A stretch of 64,000 nucleotides of DNA from Felis catus. Lineage: Eukaryota. A program made the translations under genes and the position numbers. Numbering within the stretch: position 1 is the first letter of the stretch; the number at the start of each line of letters is the position of its first letter. The DNA is taken from the NCBI RefSeq assembly GCF_018350175.1, contig NC_058368.1, positions 29,328,001 through 29,392,000 on the forward strand, given 5' to 3'. Below, one piece after another: positions 26,740 through 36,292 of the stretch. The notes beneath the pieces were generated by a model. The model had not been told where the DNA came from. It worked only from the letters and a program-made list of their open reading frames with translations, and ran no database searches.

Positions 26740-27585
26740 TGTTGGGGTTCTCCAGTTATTTTTCTGTTAATGATTTCTAGTTTAATTCCACAGTGTTCGG
26801 AGAGTATACTTTACATGATTTCTATTCTTTGAAATGTGTTAAGGTAAGTTTTATGGCCCAGAATGTGGTCTATCTTGGTGAATGTTCCATGTGAATTTGA
26901 GAGGGATGTATAGTCTGCTGTTGAAAATGAAGGATTCTTCAAATGTCAGTTTAGATTCAGACGATTGATGGTGCCTTTCTATTCAACTAAAGTAGTCCTC
27001 CTGTTTCCATGGTGGATAAATTCCAAGGTCCCTCATGGATGCCTGCAGAAGCAGATACTACCAGAACCTCTAAATACTGGTTTTTTTTCCTATACATACA
27101 CACCTATGATAAAATTTAACTTATAAATTAGGCACAGTAAGATTAACAGTAATAACTAATAATAAACTAGAACAATTATAGCAATATACTGTACTGATAG
27201 TTATACGAATGTGATCTTTCAAAATATCTGACTGAACTGTACTCATCTTTCCTCTTGTGATTTGAGATGATAAAATGCATATGGGATGAAATGAAGTGAG
27301 ATGAATAACGCAGGCATTGTGACATTGCATTAAGCTACTATTGACCCCCTGACAATTCGTCAGAAGGAGGATCATCTGCTTCCAGCCCACAGTTAACCAC
27401 AGGTAAATGAAACCATGGACAACAAAACCATGGATAAGAGAGTGCTACTATATATATCCTTAATGATTTTCTGCCTGCTGGACCGATCAATTTCTAATAG
27501 GTGTTGAAGTGCATTTTATATAATTATATTTTCTCTTCTCTCTTGGCATATCAATTTTACTTCTATTTAATTTTTTCTTTCAGTG
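26740..27585 (-). mobile_element. Old L1 (L1MC/MD-like) ORF2 5' fragment
   Basis: gatttctagtttaattcca...ggcccagaatgtggtctatcttggtgaatgttccatgtg. Confidence 0.75.
26990..27449 (-). mobile_element. MER44-like (Tigger7-derived) DNA transposon
   Basis: TIR-like ends agtagtcctcctgtttccatgg / ccatggataagagagtgctact; core ttataaattaggcacagtaaga. Confidence 0.7.
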
Positions 27586-28502
27586 TTTCAGACTATTGTC
27601 TGTGCAGTGCCCTAGGGGTAGTAGACAGCTAAAAACCATCTCTGATTTTTACAATCCCATGGAATCCAGGACTGCAAGCCCTCCTGGCCTCCAAAGCCAG
27701 GCACCAGAAACATATGAAGATTTGCTTTCTGAGATGCTGGCACTCTGGAGTATTGAATAGAGGGAGAGCACAAAGAAAGTGCCTTCCCTCCCTGGTCTCA
27801 GGAAAGGTTTACAGTCAGCTCCTATAAGGACATTTAATTAGAAGCCTGGCCCTCAGGCTGCACCTATGATGATAAGGCCTCTTTCACAGAAAGAATGAGC
27901 TCCTGAGTCTGTGACCTCTTGCTATGTCTGTGGTGGTATCTGTTTAAGAACTCTTTCTCAGTTGGTTTCAGTCCTGTGGGACCCACAAGCTTAAGCCCTG
28001 TTGGCCCCTAGAGTCAGGCAATGTAGGGGTGTTCCCTGAATACAGCTGCAAAAAATCAGTGTACCAGACAAGTATATAAACTCCTTTCTGGAAAATACTA
28101 TTGAGCGGGAGTGAAGCAGCAGGAGAGCACAAAGATTGCATCCCCTGGTCTCTGTTTCCTGGGAATAGCTCCATAGAGCCCTCTAAGTGTGCCAAACCAG
28201 GACTGCTCCCCAAGACCAAAGCTCCTAGACAAAGCACATAGGCCTCTTTCTCAGAAAGCCTGGGTGTGTGTTTCAGTTGGCTCTCTGTGTAGTGCCCTGG
28301 GAGAGGGAGTCTGCTAATAACTGTCTCTCTGATTGTTACAGTCCTTTGGGATCCGTGGCCAGGTGATTAAGGGGAAGGAGAAGGGGAAGTGCAAGGGGAA
28401 GGAGGAGGAGGAGAAGGAGGAAGAGGAGGAAGAAGAAAATGGAAAAAATAAAAGATGGTGTCCACTGGTTTTAGCAAGGCAGAGTGAGAACATGGAAGAT
28501 GA

Positions 28503-28868
28503 TTTTTTTTTAATTTAAATCCAAGTTAGTTAATATATAGAGTACTAATGGTTCCAGTAGAATTGAGTGATTCATGACTTACATATAACACCCAGTGCTC
28601 ATCCCAACAAGTGCCCTCCTTAATGCCCATCACCCATTTAGCCCATTCCCCACCACCTTCCCTCTAGCAACCCTCAGTTTGTTTTCTGTATTTAAGAGTC
28701 TCTTATGGTTTGCCTCCCTCTATTTTTATCTTATCTTTCCTTCTCTTCCCCTCTGTTCATCTGTTTTGTTTCTTAAATTCCACGTATGAGTGAAATCATA
28801 TGATATTTATCTTTCTCTGACTTATTTCGCTTAGCATAATACATTCTAGTTCCATCCACATTGTTGCA
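28503..28868 (-). mobile_element. 5'-truncated carnivore L1 3' end
   Basis: cttacatataacacccagtgctcatcccaacaagtgccctccttaatgccca; poly(T) at left. Confidence 0.9.
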
Positions 28869-28879
28869 GGAAGAGGATG

Positions 28880-29328
28880 CTATTAACCTTACAAATAAAA
28901 CTGCCAGTTATATTACCAGCAAAAGATATTTTTTTTTTTTTTCAGGAACGGCAGAGAACTACAATCTAAGACAAGCAAGCTAGAAAACCACAGGCAAATC
29001 TGGAGAACAAAGGAAAGGTAGCTCTTTTATAGAGGAGAGAGAGGAGTTGGGAAAGGCTGTTATAAACAAAAATGCCATTGGCTTAAACTGAGAGCTGGAA
29101 GTATAGTGGTTTTTCATAAGCTGAGTTATGACTCTCTCTCATTGGTTGGACTGTTGAGGGGGGCCAAGAAGAAACCTTCCTTCCTCTTGCTGGGAAAGTA
29201 AAGTAATATCCACTGGGATTGGCTAGGAGTGGTAGGGCTGAGCACTTGCCTTCCCCCCTCCCCCACCCCCTCCCATTCCCCAGTCCTGACTCCTTTCTAA
29301 ATGAGTTTTCCTTTTATTGATTTTCACA
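28880..29328 (-). mobile_element. Solo LTR (older ERV1-like)
   Basis: About 450 bp ending ttttcaca, minus-strand TATAAAA near 29026 and CCAAT boxes; embedded in L1 5' UTR sequence. Confidence 0.6.
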
Positions 29329-29994
29329 GTGTCCACCTAGTGGAGCATAAAGATGAGAACTGCTGGAAAGGAAAAAAACAAAAAACGGTGCCTATTGGCT
29401 CTAGAACGGTAGAGGGAGAGCAGGAGAATGGCACCTACTAGCCTCCATTCCTGGAGAATATTCCATCAAGCCCATGCCCCTTTGACCAATGCTTTAAATG
29501 TGCAAATGAGTCTCTTTCATGTAAAGTCCAGGTGCTTTCCAAAAGGCTGCTTCTGTACTGGGCCCTGGGAAGGGTGAGTGCATGTGAGACCTTTAAGAGC
29601 CGTTCCTCAGTTCCTGCAGCCCTTTGGGTCTTATGGATGGGAGCCCTGATGGTCTTCAAAGCCAGATGTTTTGGGGGCTCATCTCTTAATTGATGGTCTT
29701 AAAAGGTGGCATGTCCACAGTGGGGTATGAACACTTCATCCATCATGAAGCAGTTCTGGGTTGTGAGTTCCCTCCCAATTGTGTGTTCTTCCACCGGGGG
29801 TGGAGTAAATGGCAAGATTGTTCTCAGCCTTACTTACCTGGTTCCATGTGGATTCCCCTTCATTTGCTAATGCAAAGGGGTCAGTCCATCAGTTTTAGGA
29901 ATTTTTTTTTCCAGAGGAAATTTTCCTGTAAATAGCTCTAAATTCAGTCTGTCCATGGAAGGAAGTGAGTTTAGAATCTTCTTATATCATCATC

Positions 29995-30192
29995 TTTTTT
30001 TTTTTCTTTTATATATATAGAGAGAGAGAATGTGCAAGTGGAGAAGGGGCAGAAGAAGAGAAAAAGAATCTTAAGCAGGCTCCACACTCAAAGCAGAGCC
30101 CAATATGGGACTTGATCTCATGACTGTGAGATCATGACCTGAGCCAAAATCAAGAGTCAGATGCTTAACTGACTGAACCACCCAGGGGCCCC
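29995..30192 (-). mobile_element. Can-SINE
   Basis: TSD tatatca(t/c)catctt. Confidence 0.9.
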
Positions 30193-30239
30193 TATATCAC
30201 CATCTTGAACTGGAACCTACATCATTTCTTTTTTTTTTT

Positions 30240-31365
30240 TTCCTTAAGATGTCCATTTCTCTTCTTACATTGCCCAATTTTTGCATGTTGTCTACTTTAG
30301 CCTACAGCACTAAGCATGCTATTCATAATTGTTCCAGTTCCTAGTCTGATAATTCCAACACCCTTGCCATGTCTGGTTCTGGTGCTTGTTCTGTCTCTTC
30401 AAATGGTCTTATTAAATGCACTTGCTCTATACCCTTGAAACTAACATTATGTGCCAACTATACTTTAATTTTTAAAAATACAGTAACATAACCTTGTGTG
30501 TAAACTGTACTCAAATGCAAAAGGGGGGGCATTAAACACAATAAAATAAAATAAACACTACACCTGCTCTGTCTCTTCAGATGTTGGCCTTTCTTTCTTC
30601 ATAGCCAAACATGATGTACTGGGTAAAAGGCACTGTTGTAAGTAGGCCTGTAGTGATGTGGTGGTGAGGTGTGTGTGGAGGGCACATGGTCTATGGTTCT
30701 GTCATTCTATGATTAGGTTTCAGAGTTCATACCTCTGAACTGTGAGCTTTCAAGGTTTTGTTTTTAAATTGTTTTCCTTCCCCTTAGCTCAGATACAATT
30801 TGGATTGAGTGAGCAGGAGGTGGGTATTTCTCTTCCTTTAGGTCAGTTAGGCTCCAATAAGATCCCAGCAGGTGAGGCTCTGATTAACTAGTTTCTCCTG
30901 AGAATGATCCTTGTTAAGAACAGAGGGTTCTGACGGATTTAAAAATGGTTGCTTTTCCCTCTCTCCCTTCGGAAGTATGAGGGGATTTTTCTCTATATTT
31001 GTTGTGAAGCCTGCTCAAGGTCCTGGAGGTAAATCTTACAATTTGGTGCCCACCACCCGACCCCCACCCATGACTGGGTCCCCTGGAGTTGTAGACTCTC
31101 GAGTTGTCCACACTGAGCCCTCAGCAATTCATCAATTTTCATATTTCAGGTTTTTCCACCTTGGCACTGGTTCCTGCAGCAGTTTCAGCCGCTGGGTGTC
31201 TGCTCAGGTAAGCTGTGACCCCCTGTAGTCACGGGTCTGTGTCTTCAGTCTTGGGAGCAGCTGTTTGCCCAGTGTTTTCCTGTCTGTCATGAATCTAAGA
31301 AGAGTTGTTGATATCTCAGTCTGTTCAGATTTTTACTTGTTTTTAGGCAAAGCGGTGAATTCCAA
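30240..31365 (-). mobile_element. Old L1 5' region
   Basis: catgttgtctacttt...tctgataattccaaca...gatgtactgggtaaaagg...tctaagaagagttgttga. Confidence 0.65.
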
Positions 31366-31384
31366 TTTTATTTATTTAATTTTT

Positions 31385-33480
31385 GGTGAGATATAAAGTA
31401 TGTGTTATTCTACCTTATAGTTTTTGTGGCAGTATTGGTGGGTAGGACATAATGTAAGATCCCTTCCACTTGGATTCAATATTGGTCTTCTGGTGATGTC
31501 TTTTCCTGAAAATTAAATGTCCAAGTTGAAGATCATGTAAGGACTGTGGTGGGAAAGTCAACCTGACCTGTTGATGATAAATGAGTGTAATTTAATACAT
31601 GCATTTAATAAGACATTAGCAGTATTTAAGGATAGATGTTGGAGTGATCAAATGAAGGGCACCTAAGACCAGAAGAGGTAAGGAATCCTCACTGGCGTAT
31701 AATGAGGATTAATACTAATCCTCATTATTTCATAAGGGAATAATCAATGTTGCTTGGGGGAGGAGGGGTCAAGGATCATCACAGCTAAGTTCAAAACCTG
31801 TTGCAGGTTTAGTTCCTCAGCGTTTGGCTGTTTTTAATTTGAGAGCATCACTGTGATTGGTCTGGTCTGGTTTGGTTTGGTCTGGTCTGGTCTGGTTTGT
31901 TTTTTTCCCCAGAGGACTGAGGAAGGTAAGGAATAGTGAAATTTTTGTAGCAGTGTAGGTACTTGTTGAATATCCTGAATAACCTTACCATTGAAGTGAA
32001 TTTCTCTATCACTAGAGAAGAACAAAGGGATTCCAGAGCAGAGAAAATTCTCTCTGGTAGCAGCTTAACTATAGCTGTAGCAGTAGCCTGTTTGCAAAGA
32101 AAAGCTTCTAGCCACCCTGAAAACAAGGGTAGGAATGTCCTTCTTTTTTTGTCAAAAAAAAAGGGGGGGGGGAGGGTAATGAGTAACTGGAGAGTCTAAA
32201 AGTGGGAGAAACAGATAAAGAGGTTTTCAGGTTTTAAAATGCAGACCTGGAAGAGGAGTCCCAATTAAAGAGAAGGGCATTGTTTTCTTAGGGCATACAA
32301 GAGAGGGCGAAAGCTAAAACGCTAGGGGTCTGGCTCTAGCAATTAGCCAACCAATCCTAGAAATCCTCAAGGTTGGCTTTTGGTCTCAGGGAAAGGGGAA
32401 TTAATGATGATGTTAATACATTTAGGGGACAAAGTTGTCCCTTCACATGAGGAGATAGCATGTCCTAGCTAATGGTCTTGAGGGGGCTGAATAAATTACA
32501 TTGTGTTTTTAGAAACCGTATGTCTGTTGTGGGCAAGAGCTTGTAACAAACAAGTTGTTAAAATCAGGTGAGCAGAGAAGACAGTCATCTGCATGATGGA
32601 TAAGGAGAGAATTACAGGGAAAGATTAGATTTCTCAGGTTTGCATTTAGAGTCCTAGAGAAATAATTACTGGCCTCAAGAAACCCCTCAGGCATGGCAGT
32701 CCGTGTGTATTGTTGATTTTTTCCATGTGATAGCCCAAAAGATATTTGTGTCAGGGTGAAGGGGTGTAGTGGAAAAACAACCAAAAAAATGAAGAACAGA
32801 AGTTAATGACTGTGAAGTAAGTGGTGTTGGGTCACATATAGACCAGATGGCTTTGGGGTTAGGAACTAAAGGAAACCTGGCTGTAACTACTTCATTGCTC
32901 ACAAGTGTTAAATTAAACTAGCCAGGCTCCTTGGTCACTAGGATTCTTTACTGGAGAGATTGGATTATTAGAAGATGTGTCAACAAAGCCTTGAATCATG
33001 GCGAAAATATTGGAGAGCTTCTAGTTTTAAATATGTCATGGTAATCTTAGAAGTGGCATGGGAGTGGCAGAGGTTTGGCCTCCCAGACTTGGCCTGTGTC
33101 AGAGGGAGTGAGCCGCCCAAAGGGAGTCAGGTATTATAGCTAACATAGTTTGTACTTAAATAATTGGAGGATTTTTTACAGGAGCAAAAAAAGTCTGATG
33201 GTCAATGAGTCCTAAAAAGGCAAAGGAACAAGGTACAGAGCCAGGTACTTCAACGGTGAAGCATTTGGGGGAGCAAAAAAACCCTGATATTCCTACTGGG
33301 AAGTAAATCTATTCCCAGAAAGGTTACTGGGGCAGTGGAATTAAGCACTAAGTCATGGTATAGAGTGAGAGGTACTAAGGAGGCAGAAAACGATGTAGAC
33401 AGAGGCAAGTAATGGGTAGATGATCAATCCCACTGCAGGTATGATTTATGCAGTCCAAGGGAGGTTAGTGGGAAATTACA
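31385..33480 (-). mobile_element. Degenerate ERV1 (gammaretrovirus-like) pro-pol remnant
   Basis: Minus-strand motifs in canonical order: protease C-terminus PVTFLGIDLL, RT NNPISPVKNP, FPLVPNP, QQYTRTAMPEGF (LPQG-like), LIHHADDCLL (YXDD-like, 32584-32595), GFLGLVG, integrase FSGWLEAF...SSDREIHF and C-terminal ESKWKGSY (GPY/F-like). Many stops and frameshifts. Confidence 0.85.
31858..31898. repeat. (TGGTC/TGGTT)n pentanucleotide repeat inside the integrase remnant
   Basis: tggtctggtctggtttggtttggtctggtctggtctggttt. Confidence 0.9.
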
Positions 33481-33529
33481 GACGTAATTACAGAAAATTA
33501 CAGACGTATTAGTTTTCTAGGGTCCACGT

Positions 33530-33685
33530 GGTACTTTGTTACGTAGTACAGACTGGGTGGCGTAAACCAAAGAAATGTATAATCTCATACTTTTAAGTCC
33601 AAGATCAAGATGTCTACAGGATTAGTTCCTTATGAAGGCTGAGAGAGAAGGACCTGTTCTAGACTTCTCTCTTTGGCTTGTAGAT
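33530..33685 (-). mobile_element. MLT1 LTR fragment
   Basis: gactgggtggcgtaaaccaaagaaat...aagtccaagatcaagatgtc...ggcttgtagat. Confidence 0.65.
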
Positions 33686-34319
33686 ATGGAACATTTCATC
33701 ATCACAGCAAAGTCTATTGAACAATACTGCTGTAGGCCTGAGAGTACAGTGTCTAATAAACATTTTACATTTTGTGAAAAGCAGTCTAAAGCAAATAATG
33801 CTGTTAAGGGCATATATGAAGAAGTTAAAACTCAGTGACTGAACATAATTTATTTTGAGGGTTGTATCCTGAGACAAAGTTGATAAATACAAATATTCGA
33901 CACTTTCATGAAGCATGGATTATACTAATTCAAGGGATGCTTAAGTATGTATGATACTGAGTTCTAAGGATCCTGAGCAGAACAGGGTCTCTTTGTTGAA
34001 ATATTTTTATTTAAAATTATCCACAATAATTAGAATTTAGGATCTTCCATTGATTTGGGGATGGTAGTGCAAGAAGGTGTACTGGACTAGTTATAAACAT
34101 TTACATTAAGAGATTAACGGAAAGACTTTAGCACTGCTTCCCGAACGTGAAATATTGAGACCGCCAAAGCATCTATTTATAGTCCTTATTTACATAATTT
34201 GACATAATCCATATATACTGCTCCCCAAGACTGAACTTTAATGGCCCTGCAGATACTGCTGAATGTTTAAAATACTATCCTATCCTTCAGAGTTCTTCCA
34301 GAGGCAAGTTTAAAATCTG

Positions 34320-35195
34320 TAGGTCAAAAATTCAAATCCCTGACAGCAGCAAATGCTAGGAGGGATATGGAATGAACAACAGGAATGCTCATTAATTGCT
34401 GGTGGGAATGCACAAACAGGATAGCCACCAGTCTGGAAAACATTTTGGCAATTCCTTACAAATCTCAACATGGTCCTTATCCTAGGACCCAGCAATCAGT
34501 CTCCTTGGTATTTACCAAAATGAGTTGAAAACTAAGGTCCACACAGAAACCAGCACATGTGTGTTTATAGCCGGTTCATTCACAATTGTAAAGACTCAAA
34601 GCAAACCAAATGTCATTCAGTGAGCGATGGATAAATTATGGTAAATCCATACAATGGAATATTATTCAATGATGAAAGAACTGAGCTGTTAAGCCATAAA
34701 AAGACAGGGAGTAACCTGAAATGAATATTGCTAAGTGAAAGAAGACATACTAAAAGGCTACACATGGTAGGATTCCAACTGTATGACATAATGGAAAAGT
34801 TAAAACTACCTAGACAGCAAGAAAATCAGTGGTTTCTATGAAAATCAGCAAGAAAATCAGTGGTTGGAGGGCAGGGAGAAGGAGGCATAAATAGATTGAA
34901 CACAGGATTTTTAAGGCAGTGAAACTATTCTGTAACTGTAATGGTAGATACATGACATTATACCTTTTTCAATACCAATAGAACTGTACAACACAAAGGC
35001 TGAAACCTAATAGAAACTATACGCTTTAATTAATATTATGTACCGGTGTGAATTCATCACCTGTATCAAACACATACACTTATGCAAGATGTTAATAATG
35101 GGAGAAAACTGTAAGGAGATGGGAGTATTTGGAAGCTGTCTACAAATTCTGCTCAGTTTTTGGAGTACCTAAAACTGATCTTAAAAATAAAATCG
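34320..35195 (+). mobile_element. L1MC-like 3' end
   Basis: attgctggtgggaatgc...gacccagcaatc...gattccaactgtatgaca...tgcaagatgttaataat. Confidence 0.85.
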
Positions 35196-35199
35196 TTAT

Positions 35200-35432
35200 T
35201 AACAGATAAAGAAAAAAAAGAGACAAACAACAGCCAAAAAACCCAGACTTAAATATAGAGAACAAACTGGTGGTTGCCAGGGGAGGGGGGGCGGGGTGTG
35301 GGGTGATGGTGAAAGAGATAAAGGGGATTAAGAGTACACTTGTCTTAATGAGCACTGAGCCATTAATGTATAGAATTATTGAACCGTTATATTGTACACC
35401 TGAAACAATATTTGGAAAAAGAAAAAAATATT
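35200..35432 (+). mobile_element. Carnivore L1 3' fragment
   Basis: aaatatagagaacaaactggtggttgccag...aggggattaagagtacact...ttgtacacctgaaac. Confidence 0.8.
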
Positions 35433-35865
35433 AAAAGGCGGGGGTGGCAGGGTGAGGGGGTGGAATCTCTGCAGAAACCTGCAGCATTTTGAATTTTTTC
35501 CTCCAGGCTCCTGATTTCAAATGAGTAGGTGCTTGATTTTTCACAAATGGTAGAAGAAAAGCTAAAACCTATCTAACCCTTACATTATAGACACTGCGTA
35601 AGCACTTTATTAACCTAATCCGCAAATATTTATTCAGAGCATCCTATTTAACCTACGCAATTCATGTCGTCGTCACATCGGGCTATGATATACTGTTGTT
35701 CTTCACATTTTTAAAACCAGTTCTGAGAGCAAAGCCAAACAATTGATAAATACAGATCCGGCGTCTCATCTGGATTCCAAATCCAAAGTTCTAAACCATA
35801 AAACAGAACGAAAGAAAATTAGCGATTTCTAATTCCGTCACCCGAAACAATGAACGGCCGATAAA

Positions 35866-36130
35866 TCTCGCGATACTATTGAAACTACTACCCCCAAAAT
35901 GCACAGCGGCTTCGGTCCATCTGCCTATCCCCTGGAGTCTGGAGGGTCCCGGCATGCCTCAAGGCGCGAAAGGCAGCCTGGGAACCGTAGTCCTCTTGGA
36001 CGCCTACCGGTATTGCCAGCGCGGCAGTGGCGGATCTCGGTTCCGTCCAGCGGGTTCTGTAAAGCGAGCTGAGGCGGAGAAAGGGCGCGGAACTGGAAAG
36101 GGGTGAGTCAGGCGCTGGCTACGTGATAAA
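35866..36130. promoter_or_regulatory. Promoter motif cluster: TCTCGCGA (35866-35873), two ZNF143/THAP11-type SBS motifs (~35883-35903 +; 35972-35991 -), AP-1 TGAGTCA (36104-36110), TACGTG (36120-36125), TATA-like GATAAA (36125-36130)
   Basis: Motifs read directly from the sequence; factor binding is inferred. Confidence 0.6.
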
Positions 36131-36292
36131 GGGAGGCGGCACTGCGGCATAAGACTGAATTAGGTAAATGGACCCGTGCTGCAGTCTCTCCGGAGACACC
36201 GCGATCTAGCGCCAGCGAGAAGAGGGCGAGGAGGAGCCAGAGCCCGGTCCTTGCACCCGTTCTCGCCCTCGTACCCCGCCGCCATCTCCACC

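Larger units (their letters stand above)
27586..30218 (-). mobile_element. L1 5' UTR region with diverged tandem monomers, interrupted by an L1 3' end, an LTR and a SINE
   Basis: Recurring units (agtgccct...ggg...tacagtc; aggcctctttc.cagaaag); 5' terminus ccatcttgaactggaacc. Confidence 0.6.

Noticed and set aside
28880..29328. This LTR as the 3' LTR of the pol remnant at 31.4-33.5 kb
   Set aside because: L1 5' UTR sequence flanks it on both sides and there is no adjacent PPT, so it is more likely an independent solo LTR.
36176..36292. 39-aa N-terminal extension in the 745-aa ORF call
   Set aside because: It starts at GTG in GC-rich leader sequence. The ATG at 36293 has a good Kozak context and matches the known N-terminus.
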